Shown piece after piece: positions 52,743 through 64,000 of a stretch of 64,000 nt of DNA; the stretch's first letter is position 1, and the number at the start of each line of letters is the position of its first letter. The notes below the pieces were generated by a model. It was not told the DNA's origin. It did no database searches and saw only the letters and a program-made list of their open reading frames with translations. The DNA is taken from contig CDRNST010000104.1 of the NCBI GenBank assembly GCA_977016875.1, positions 1,178,001 through 1,242,000 on the forward strand. The letters run 5' to 3'. The translations under genes were made by a program, and so were the position numbers. This DNA comes from Pavona decussata (Eukaryota).

Positions 52743-55700
52743 TCACGTAAAAACTCCTTCCGGTACCATATATTCTGAGGAACCAATGGGCGGCCGAAGG
52801 TCTTCTTTCTCTAAAAAGTGAAGGGGCAGTTGAACCAGGTAGCCTCTGGTGTCCCGCAGACGAGCACGAGCTTCTCCTGGGTTCTCTGTGGCAAGGGCTT
52901 TGCGGCTCTGAAACAATTAAGAATTCTACAGATTGAGTAACTGAAGGCATGCTCACATCACAGTTCAAACAGGAATCGATTGTCGAATTGTCACAATTCG
53001 AAATGTCATCACGTCCAAACTCATCCTCTAATTCAATCTCAAAATGTAGCATCTTTTGGCCTCTTTCCATCAGTAAAAACCAGTAATTAGCTGCGTTTGC
53101 AAGGACCACCGCGACAAAATAAAAGTACCGGTCCCTGTAGTGAAGGATCTAATCAGCAAAAAAATTGTACAACAAATAATCTAAAAAAGAGCAAGGCTGA
53201 TTTCACGGTAAGGAAATTTGAAAATACAACTGGTCATGCTCAATAGGCATGAGCAAAATAGCTAACGTCACAACGTGGAAAACGAAAACAAAACACGTAA
53301 CAATGAGAAATTAACATAACTTAGGAGGATGAAAGACGGGAAAAATGTTCATGTCTCATCTCTCCTATTAAGACCTATTAAGACCTACGCAAAACTAGAG
53401 AGGCATACCTCTTTAACGTTTTTGTTTATGTAACTTTACCCTATGTTTTTCAGGTATCTATTGTAACTGTTTTAAAATTGTAACGTCTCTTGCCACAGGG
53501 TCATTCTCAAACATACCCTTAAGAAGAAAGGCCGTGCCTTTCGAAATATTGAAAAAATACTCTTTCCATCAACTCTTAATGACGAGCAAATGAAAGGAGG
53601 AAGATAACTTTACATATACTTCATTTAGTTTGAGTAGCTTGCAATGAAGTTTTCCGAAGGAACGAGGCTTATTTCCGTCTGATGCTCGTCTTTGCGTCTC
53701 CGCAAAACAAAATTTCCCTCTGCTGGCAAAATACCGTCAGCAATGCAGGTCACACTTCATTTAGTCGTAACTGAAGTGTGAAAATTCCTTCAGTGTTTAC
53801 ATTGATTTCAATTTGATGTCGACAGCTGTGTACAGGAAAACCTCTCTGTCATGTCTTTCACCCAAACTCGTTCTCAGGCCCACTTCTTTTAACCCCCCAG
53901 ATTTGAAGAAGTGAGAACCTGGGCGCTAGTTTGGTGTCTTACCTTGTATGTGTTCAGATCAGCAAACGAGCGAACTTGGTCGGTTGGAATACAATGGAAT
54001 ACCTGTTAAGACAGAAATTCTTCCAGTTCTTCCTGTCTCCATCGATCATAGCAAGAACTGATCAAATATAACCATATTTGAAATTTCACATTGCAAGCAA
54101 TTCATGTTATGACATAACTTGTGTCGTTCGTTTCACTTTCGCGAGTAAGATGAATTTTTTAAATGCACAGTTTGAGACATTACATCATGATAACAAACAA
54201 TCAGTGAAAGTTTGAAGAGCAGCTACAAGAATTGCACGTTAACGTTTGTTACAAAGTAGTCAGCTTGACGTTTTTTTTAATAAGTTGGACTGGTTACTGC
54301 ACAGGTTTTCACTGAAAGTCTCATAAAATCCCGGCTCTATGATGAAAAAATAATTTAATCTATAACCGGAAAATCTTACAGTGGAACATGCCTTGAGGAC
54401 TCCCACGTTTCACTTTCTGGTCCGAAGCCCCTCCCTTCGCTTTCATATAGTATCGTTTGCTGTTTCGAACAGGTGAACATCTTAAAAGCATGACAAAGTA
54501 AAGCAATAAGCAGTAAAAAGAATTGAAAAAATTCAGTTATGTTACAGGCTCGTTCGTACCAAAGAGTCACCGACTTCGGTTCAGTCCAACGATGTTAAAA
54601 TATTTAGTTCTTGTTAAAAAAGAGAAGGTCCATTCGAAAGGATTTTTTTCTCTTTCAATTTATGACAAAGAAAAGAAGGGATTTCTTTTCCAATTTGTAA
54701 CACGTAATAATGGATGGAAAACACCTCTCACCTCATCATAAATTTCCGTGTTTCTCTTCGCTGTCGCCATCCAAATATCCTACATTAAGAAAGAAATAAA
54801 AACCACAGCTATCTATGGGGCCGTCAGACCTAAAGGGGTGTTAAAAAAATTGGAAGCCGAACTTCACTCTGAGGTTTGTAACTTATTAATAATGATTTCC
54901 GTATTATTTCGAAACAAGAGGATTTTTTAACGTAACCATGGACGAGATTAGCGTTGGTTAGTTGCTGTACTCCCAGTCGTCCAGAGTGCATTCAGCTCGG
55001 TGACGTCATCGCTCAGAACACGTGACCCGAATGGGTTGACCGCGGAACTAGGACTAAGGGTCGGACTAAGGTAAATGTTGGTTAGATCGCCTTTACACCC
55101 TAGCCTAGTCATACCTTCGAGTCAAATAATTTTAACCACCCTTCTTACTCAACGTATGAGAGTGAATATGTGTCACAGATCATGGATTTACATGGCTCAC
55201 CTGGTAAAAACTATCCGAAACAACATCTCTGATGTCCTCATCGGAAGGAGTGTCTAATAGACCTAGGTGCTCCCTAAAATCCAAAAACAAAAAAAAGATA
55301 GCCGAGTGAATAACCCACATTATATGTTCACAAATACCGAATCAGCGTTGCTTTCTGAAGCATGATGCTCTCTGCCTTTGTTTTATCTCGCCAGAGTGCT
55401 TTTACCAACACTGTTTCTGTGAACTTCGAAGTACATCGAGACACTCTTTCGTAGTAGACAATTTGCATCGTTTACCCGTTATGTTTTAAAACGTTTTAAT
55501 TCTTCAAAGCAAACCAAGATGTTGGTTATAGTACAACCTTTCAAGCAAATTATTGATTCTTTACCTGAATAATTTTGTTCTTAGGCTGAAGGCAAACTGG
55601 CCAGCTTGATAATCCTTGCCATCCATCATGGACGGCACCTGATGGAAAGAGAACAGTGTTATTAGAATAGTTCCCAATTGGGAGAGTAACAAAGCCAATT

Positions 55701-58700
55701 AGATCACTTGTCAGTAGCTAGCCAATCACAACAGTCGAAAACATCATCATCATCATTGTTACTATCCGCGCCAGAAAGCGCATAAGGCCGCAGTCAAAAA
55801 ACATCACAATGATTCATTAAGACCTGGAATCAATCCACATAACAGACTACAACTGCGAAAAAACACATGCGCACAAGCGACGATTGGCTGACAAGTGGGC
55901 GCAACCTTTTTAACCAATCATAACAAGACAGCACAATAGAAAACGGGAATCGCTTGAACACTCAACTGCAAAAAGGCTCTATCGGCGTGGCTATTATAGT
56001 ATTCTGTTATTTTGTACTACAAACACAGCCGCCGGGGGCGATGAGAGGCGGCTTTTTCGTAGGAGAACAACATTCTCAAATCAGTAATGTTCTCGTCACT
56101 TACGAATTCTTTGTCTTTTACAACAGCAGCTATTTCCGAATCTCTCTTTCCCAGCATGCTACGGTCATTGATATTGGCTAAATAAAAACAAAACCAAGTT
56201 ACGTAAAGTACAAGCTCAATAAATCATACAGCGCGAAAATGCGGACAACACACCTATGATATTAAATCCTTGCAGTCCTGAACTTTCAAAAGAAAATGCC
56301 AGTCACTTGCGGTTTTCACCACAGCCTGCCTTACACTGCTTTGACCTCCGTTACATTCAGCTACGTAACTAAAACGTATGAACATGGGCCTCACTGGCTA
56401 CATTTTGTGTGCCTCGCTTAACGTACTTTAAAGTAAATTTTGTGCAACAATATTCTTTTGATTGTGGAATCCTGGCAATGCCATACTTTTAACGAAGCTG
56501 AATTAAGCCCGGTAAAAGCTCCTTCAAACAGTCATGCACCTATCAATCCTAAATGTTGACACTGAACACATTGGTTACAAACAGGAGCCCATCATCAAAA
56601 CCTGTTACAATTACGGGGAAGAGTTGAACTGACTTAAAGTGCCTATGAAGTAAAAAAAAATTTCCCCGACGAAACGAAATTGTAGAGGAAATGAGGAAAT
56701 GAGGAAACGAAATTGTAGAGAAAATGCGATAGAAAACATAATAAGGCGCTTTTTTAGCCGTACAAAGTAGCCCAAAATGAGGAAAATAGTGTCCCGGGGA
56801 CTGGAAACCAGTTTAGCGTTTGATGACGTAGGAAATGCCTCAGATATTTGTTTACAACACACCCGAAATTTATCGCTAAAATTTTCGTATTCGTGGTTTC
56901 CCTCCCAAAAAAGGTCGGACAGTGACGAAGTAATATCCTTTACCGAATCTGTTTCTGACGAATGTCTGTCAGAGTCACGCGATTCAGGCGAAACTGAAGT
57001 TGAAAGTTGGAATCGTTCCACCCTATAGATGACCCATTAGCCCACATCAGCGATTTGGGCATCAAGGTGGAGACTTGTAAACTAAACTAGTTTACAAGTC
57101 CATGCACAGCATCTGCCCACCCCTCTCCCAGCCTCAGTTGTCTCAGTACCTGAACCAATGATGACTGTATTATCATCAACAATCATCATCTTGCTGTGAA
57201 CATACACCAGCTCTGTCACCTGTCAATCAAACAAAACACTAGTCACGTGAGGTCACTTCAGAACACGTGTTAAAAAGTATGCTGTTTATGATGTACTCAC
57301 AGGCGTCCCATGTATTTCTGAATGTGTTCTCAGTCCATAGAAGGAGATGTACTTGGAGGGATCACCGACTGATGACAAAAAAACAACAAACCATGAAAGA
57401 GTTTAAAATATGTACACGGGTATTTTAAACAGATACACAGTAAAAAGTCATATCAGTGTGATATGCGGTGAACTGAGGTGCTTTTACGATACTATTTTGC
57501 ACTAACCATCAAGCTGGGAAATTTAAGCGTTGGTGTATTATTCTTTTCTTCAAACATTCTCACCCTCCAAATATTAATCTGAACAAAAGTTACTTAGAGC
57601 GGTTTTCAATTGGGTGTCAAAAGTAATTTCGCGCTTGCTTTGGTTTTACTTTACTAGCCGACTCTATGATTGGTTGGCAAAGTTCGCGCCATTTACTCAA
57701 CCAATGGGAAGCCAAACCAAAACCAATCGTGCTTGGTCGCACGCGATTTCCCGCGCTTGACGCAGGTTGCATGTATTTGCTTCGAGTTCTGATTGGCTGA
57801 TTATGCGGTTTACACCTGTTGTGATAAACCAGAGAAATTACTTTGGTTTTGGTTTTACAACACTCAATTGAAATCCGCTCTATCCAGTAAGTGCCACTCA
57901 GTCAGGAATACGTGGGATTCCTGAGGTCACAAACAAAGTTCCCACTTAGATTATGATTCTTGCAATTGCTTTCAATTCTCTCCAATTCCTACCGCCTTGT
58001 TCCTTCTAAGTAACTTTCCTGCGTTTCTATCGTTTGTATATTGTTCCAACAAGCAAAACACCGCCGTACCATCACTTTCAAGCCGCTGTTTCAAAAGTTA
58101 TGATAATCTCAGGAAAAGTCTTAAACTCCTTACCAAGCTCCTCGAGTCTCTCCAGCAGGGACTGGGACCCACGGCAAATTGAGCGGTAATTCCAGTGTGT
58201 GATGGCGCCTATTGATCGACCGGTGGGTGTGCCGATTTCTCCTACAAATATAAATCACAGCAAACACCGTAAATGTGTTGGGTTGTTCCTAGCAGGGTTC
58301 GTGTAGCTTGTGGTAGGTAAAAATTCAAGATTTTTTCCATACTTTTCCATTTCAAACCACTGTTGTTTTCTTTTTGTTGTTGTTGTTGTTTTTTCGTCAG
58401 CTTAAAAGTAACGAGTGAAATCCTGCTACAGGAAATATCTTTTCAAAAAAATAACCAAAGCTAACACTAAGACTTAGCACTCTACCTTTAACCCTTTAAG
58501 CCCTAACAGCGATCAGCATTAAATTTCTCCTTGTAATATCAATGCTTATTCAACCCTGAGGTCACGAGAATTAAGGATAATAACTTCTCCCAAGTACTTT
58601 TATAAGAAAAGTATGGGGACAAGATAGGAGAATTTATTCTTTGATAGTTAATTTAGAGCACCATTGCCATGGCAGGATCCCCAGACACCTTACGTATTAA

Positions 58701-59802
58701 CATTTGTAAGCAGTGGTATGAAACATAGGAGAAAAAAGCAAGAATGATTTGAAAGATTTCTAACTGACATATTAGATTTTCATGTTTTCATATTGCCCTC
58801 AATTAAATGAACAAAGTTCACCCTTCATAATTCACATCATCGAACCCATCAAATGATTAACTAAGTTAAAGTTTGTCCTTAAAAATTCAATATACGTTTT
58901 CCTGACAAATGCCTACCTTCAAATGCTGGTAAAAGTGGCATGACCACAATAACTTTAAAGTTTTCTCCTTCTCTGTAGACAAAGCGAAACAAAAGCTTCC
59001 TATAACACCGGTAGTAGATTGTGTGGTTTCCAGCATTTTTTAGAGCAGTAAAAACACAACCTTCCTTACCACAAGAAATTGTGACTTGTTTTCGCGGGAT
59101 CAAATGCTCCCATGTTTTGAATTTCTGTTCCAACAACAAACAATTATCAATAAAAACAAAAAGCGGTCACCACAAATTTTCCAAATTTGTACGAATTTAG
59201 CGTGGGACAATAACGTTTTCCCGTAAAAGCAAAACTTAGAAGTCGCAAAACTGTCCTGTAATAAGGTAAGGTTTCCTAATTAAATGATTGCTTAATTAAA
59301 CCGCAACAAGGCGCATTTTGCACAGCAAAATCTTTACCTTAACTCAATTTCTTAAGGCCCGTTTACACATACGATTTTTGAGCAATTTTCGCAGCACTTT
59401 TTGGATGCAATTTTCGTCCCGCTCAAGTTGTAGCTAAAAGTGCGGTTGTAAACTAACGGTGATATCGCAGGGAGATTGAACATGTTTGCAACTTGATGAA
59501 TACTCCAGGGTTTCTCAGAAAACGTACAGTGATGTGGCGCTGAAATCGCTGTTTCGCACATGCGATTTGAAGTCGCAGCTTTGCGCGAGAAAATCGCAGC
59601 GAAGTGCGACAAAAGTTATATCAAAAATCGCATGTGTAAAGGGGCCTTTAAAATTGATGTTTTTTTTTTTTATTTCTAATCAACAAAGGAGGAAAGACTG
59701 AAATAACTCAAACCTGTGCGCCCTTTCTATTCGCCAAAGGAGGTTCTGGCCGATCTCATTCTTGATGTTGTCGATGAACAGAGACGTAATGAAAAACTGG
59801 TT
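52743..59802 (-). CDS. PLD1: Phospholipase D1/2-like, 3' 11 exons (5' part not found in the window)
   Basis: Exons (minus) 59802-59714, 58972-58917, 58241-58134, 57368-57301, 57219-57150, 56177-56104, 55638-55565, 55273-55201, 54779-54732, 54002-53943, 52907-52743. NQFFI, MPLLPAFEG, second HKD motif YVHSKMMIVDD, GSANINDRS, RDSE, C-terminus VPEGVFT. Confidence 0.93.
57595..57882. mobile_element. MITE (tagagcggttttcaat family), copy 2
   Basis: tagagcggttttcaattg / caattgaaatccgctcta. Confidence 0.8.
59356..59646. mobile_element. PIF/Harbinger-like MITE
   Basis: ggcccgtttacacatacgatttt / aaaatcgcatgtgtaaaggggcc; TAA/TTT flanks. Confidence 0.75.
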
Positions 59803-60425
59803 CTGTAGACAATACACGAAAATACCATCAATATGTCAATGCTAACTTAAAATCAACCAATCGAAGCCTAATCAGTATCCAGTCAGTGAAGCCACTTGAA
59901 ATTGAAAATTCACGGGAAGCCCCCCAAACGATCTTCCGTCCTTTCCTTTTGCCAATACCTAGGTAAGGTCACGAGCTACGATGATTTGCTATACTAACAA
60001 CGCCTCGATCCTCCATTACATTCCTCAGATCTTCTTCCTCAAGACCTGTGTCCTCCTTGAGCAGGTTTTCTTTTCACTTGTTCTACTACCATGGCCGGTC
60101 GGAGTCCATAATAGAAGACGAGAGACTAGCTCACCCTTCTTCCTATACCCAAAGTGTCAGTTTCTTTATTTCGAAATACAAGGCAGTTTACAGCAATTCA
60201 GCCTTACTTGGGTCGTCACGCAACGTTCCTCCCGGTTCCGGAGACTAAATCACATTTAGTGTAAATCGCGAAAAACAAAAAAATGGCGGAAGTTCTTTGG
60301 GTGAGGTATGAATTCAGGTGAAAAATAGGTCGTGACACTTTTAAAAGTGACAAAAGCAGAAGCAAAGTCACAAAGTGCAACTCAAAGTTTTTTTTGTAAT
60401 ATATACTTGGTAACCTTTTTTAAGT

Positions 60426-61414
60426 TAAAAATCGTTCTCTGGTTAAAAATTTTAAACATAAGCTTTCGGCTATCAGTCTATAGCCTTTAACGAATTAAGA
60501 AATGTAGCGCGTAAACGGAAATATATACAAAAAGGGTGCTAAAATTTGGGAATAAAAAGAAGTGTGATAAAAGCTAAAAGATAAAAATGGAAATGAGGGC
60601 TAATTACAGTAAAATGGAGTATTGCCTAGGCAACGGCTTAGAGTTATTGTCCGCGTCGACAGTTTTTGCTGTGTGCCAGGATTCTAATGTTTTTCGAACG
60701 CGGTAATCGCCCTTGTCGATAACACAAGCATTGTCAAAATCGATGCAATGATTGTTTTTCCAAGCATGGTTGGCAACGTTAGATCCACTAGAAAGATTCT
60801 TCAAATTCCGTTTATGTTCCTTTTTGCGTGTTTGGAAACATCTTCCGGTTTCACCGATGTAGTTCCAAGAACAGTCTTTACATGGAATTTTGTAAACAAC
60901 ATTGCACTGAAGATCCGAGGGTTGTCTGAACTTTGGAGACGGGAATTCTTGTTGAAGGGTTTTTAGTGGTTTGTTGACAACACGGATATCATTTTTGCGG
61001 AGTAATCTCGTGAGGGGCTCAGTTAGGCCGCTGATGTAGGGGAGGCATGCAAAACCTTGGTACGTACTAGATGGATCAACCCATTTGAAGAACATAGAAG
61101 CCAATTCTTCTGGTGGAGGAACTGTAGATGGGGGTGGCTTCTTATTGAGAATGTTAGAGATAACAGCTGATGGGTAACCATTGGCTTCTAATGCAGCCCT
61201 GACATGGTTGGTTTCACGAGTTTTTCCTTCAAGGCTGCTAGGGAGGTTGGATGCCCGGAACAGTAGGGTCGAGGCCGTGCTGATTTTGTGTTCTTTTGCA
61301 TGATGAGAAGAAAAATCCAAGTAACGGTCTGTATGGGTTGGCTTACGAAATATATCAATGACGGCAACTCCATTTCTTCTGGTAACCAAGGTGTCTAGGA
61401 AGGCAATTTGACCG
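60426..61414 (-). mobile_element. Inverted duplicate of the Penelope 3' end (inverted pseudo-LTR)
   Basis: Reverse complement of 62972-63962 with few substitutions; ORF 61389-60604 repeats the thumb and GIY-YIG. Confidence 0.93.
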
Positions 61415-63962
61415 GAAGCCCTAAAACTAGCGCCAAGGATGGAAAAAACAACTTACAAACTTGAAGCCCACCACCGCCATTTACACTTCACGCACAAAGC
61501 CATCGATAACCACTGGATTCCTAAGTCCTTGAGGTTTAAGCCACCTGGAAACCATCCTATCTTCGAGCACATTATGGAACGTGCAAGCAAGCATTGTATG
61601 AGAGCAAGAATCGCTATTTGCCACAACCAAATTCGAACTCTGAAGGGAGCACTCGAAGAAACCAAACACCAACTGCTAGATTTAGTCACCGAAGACACCT
61701 CATCAACGCTGTTACAATTTCTAAAAAGGAGGTCCCAATCAGTCCGCAACAGCATTGAAGCGAGACATGACAACAAGTTTACTAACCTCAGTATAGAAGC
61801 AGTTGACGACCACCCTACTACGATCAACAAACGAAACTGGGCAATCAATTTATCCCAAAAACCGCTTTCTCCAGCAGAACGTTCTCTCCTCGAGAAAGGC
61901 CCGAAGTTTGCCCCAACCCCACGAACTATCCCTGTCAAAGATATTGTCTCTGAAGTTGAAGCCGCCATCGCCCGCCTTCCCGATGACTCGAAGGACGCCA
62001 TACGAACCAACACTGCCTCCCTGCTCCACAGAGCCCGACTTCCACCACATAGCAACATCACCAAAGCCGAATTGAAAGCCTTAAAGAACCTTAAAGATGA
62101 CCATGAACGTGTGATTATGAAAGCTGATAAAGGGAACTGTTTTGTTGTTATGGACAAAACAGACTGCGACACCAAAATGGAAGCTCTACTTGTTGACCGT
62201 GACACCCACCAACTAGTCGACAAGTCACCATTCTCAAAAATTGAAAAAGATTTGAACCACAGACTCCTCGATCTTAAAAGACAGAACAAGATTGATGAAT
62301 TTACTTATCGCAAACTCCGTTCTACAGACGGTTCCCCTCCCGCCATCCCGGCGTGGTTCTATAAAACACCACAAACCGGGTTTCCCTCTTCGGCCGATTG
62401 TCTCTTCCATTGGCTCTGCCCTTTATAATACATCCAAGTTCCTTTCGGATATTCTATCGCCGATCCAGAATCACAATGGATATTCTGTTCTCAATTCCTC
62501 ACAGTTCGCCAACGAAGTGGCTAATATGGAAATCTCTGATGATGAGGTCATGGTCTCATTTGATGTTGTGTCGCTCTTCACAGCTATCCCAGTGGACAAA
62601 GCCTGTGAATACATTCGGAGCAAATTAAACAATGACAATACACTACGATCCAGAACAAGTCTCAGCACAGATGATATCATTTCTCTGCTTGATTTCACTT
62701 TTTCAAACAATTATTTTGTTTATAATAACTGCATATACAAACAGATCCACGGCTGTGCTATGGGCAGTCCAGTTAGCCCTATTGTTGCTAACCTCTCTAT
62801 GGAAGTGATTGAGGATTTAGCTATCAGTACCTCATCAGTCCCACCAAGGATTTGGAAACGATACGTTGACGACAGCTTTGTTGTTATCAAGAAGGACGCG
62901 GTTTCTCCGTTCCACGACACCCTTAACGCCTGTGATCCCAAAATTTCCTTCACAATTGAACATGAAAAGAACGGTCAAATTGCCTTCCTAGACACCTTGG
63001 TTACCAGAAGAAATGGAGTTGCCGTCATTGATATAATTCGTAAGCCAACCCATACAGACCGTTACTTGGATTTTTCTTCTCATCATGCAAAAGAACACAA
63101 AATCAGCACGGCCTCGACCCTCCTGTTCCGGGCATCCAACCTCCCTAGCAGCCTTGAAGGAAAAACTCGTGAAACCAACCCTGTCAGGGCCGCATTAGAA
63201 GCCAATGGTTACCCATCAGCTGTTATCTCTAACATTCTCAATAAGAAGCCACCCCCATCTACAGTTCCTCCACCAGAAGAATTGGCTTCTATGTTCTTCA
63301 AATGGGTTGATCCATCTAGTACGTACCAAGGTTTTGCATGCCTCCCCTACATCAGCGGCCTAACTGAGCCCCTCACGAGATTACTCCGCAAAAATGATAT
63401 CCGTGTTGTCAACAAACCACTAAAAACCCTTCAACAAGAATTCCCGTCTCCAAAGTTCAGACAACCCTCGGATCTTCAGTGCAATGTTGTTTACAAAATT
63501 CCATGTAAAGACTGTTCTTGGAACTACATCGGTGAAACCGGAAGATGTTTCCAAACACGCAAAAAGGAACATAAACGGAATTTGAAGAATCTTTCTAGTG
63601 GATCTAACGTTGCCAACCATGCTTGGAAAAACAATCATTGCATCGATTTTGACAATGCTTGTGTTATCGACAAGGGCGATTACCGCGTTCGAAAAACATT
63701 AGAATCCTGGCACACAGCAAAAACTGTCGACGCGGACAATAACTCTAAGCCGTTGCCTAGGCAATACTCCATTTTACTTTAATTAGCCCTCATTTCCATT
63801 TTTATCTTTTAGCTTTTATCACACTTCTTTTTATTCCCAAATTTTAGCACCCTTTTTGTATATATTTCCGTTTACGCGCTACATTTCTTAATTCGTTAAA
63901 GGCTATAGACTGATAGCCGAAAGCTTATGTTTAAAAAATTTTTAACCAGAGAACGATTTTTA
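61415..63962 (+). mobile_element. Penelope-like retroelement, RT + GIY-YIG ORF (61439-63782) with one frameshift
   Basis: KADKG, SFDVVSLFT, GCAMGSPVSP, YVDD, VVYKIPCKDCSWNYIGETGR; frameshift at ~62348 (gcc atc ccgg cgt ggt). The frame is open back to the 61415 junction, so the copy is probably 5'-truncated. Confidence 0.93.
63890..63930 (+). ncRNA. Divergent hammerhead-like motif in the Penelope 3' UTR (mirror copy at 60457-60496, minus)
   Basis: TCGTTAA a ggctat agactg atagcc GAAA gctt. Confidence 0.4.
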
Positions 63963-64000
63963 CCTAATATGTCTTATCCTGGTTACAGTTCTATTTTTAC

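Noticed and set aside
52699-53109. 136-aa minus-strand ORF
   Set aside because: Overlaps the last PLD exon in a different frame; the PLD frame explains the region.
61453-62289. 278-aa minus-strand ORF
   Set aside because: Antisense to the Penelope ORF, with no recognisable motifs.

Overview
Eukaryotic, AT-rich, intron-containing animal DNA. The repeat repertoire and intronless orphan GPCR suggest an anthozoan or stony coral (inference). Eight host genes were reconstructed by hand from GT-AG exons: an intronless rhodopsin-class GPCR (-), neutral sphingomyelinase 1/SMPD2 (+, 7 exons), a G-protein gamma subunit (-, 2 exons), an annexin A7/A11-like gene with a long GYPP-rich head (-, 16 coding exons) head-to-head with the PP2A catalytic subunit (+, 7 exons), a divergent pair of intronless SGNH/GDSL hydrolases, and the 3' part of phospholipase D (-). 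A young Penelope-like retroelement (RT + GIY-YIG) with a 1-kb inverted 3' duplication sits in a PLD intron. Introns and intergenic DNA are dense with MITEs, LINE remnants and tRNA-derived SINEs. The most unusual signal is a set of small non-coding elements (hammerhead-ribozyme-bearing mini-elements and a tRNA-headed family) that share the Penelope-type inverted-tail or partial-tandem architecture, together with hammerhead variants carrying a U3-A8 core.
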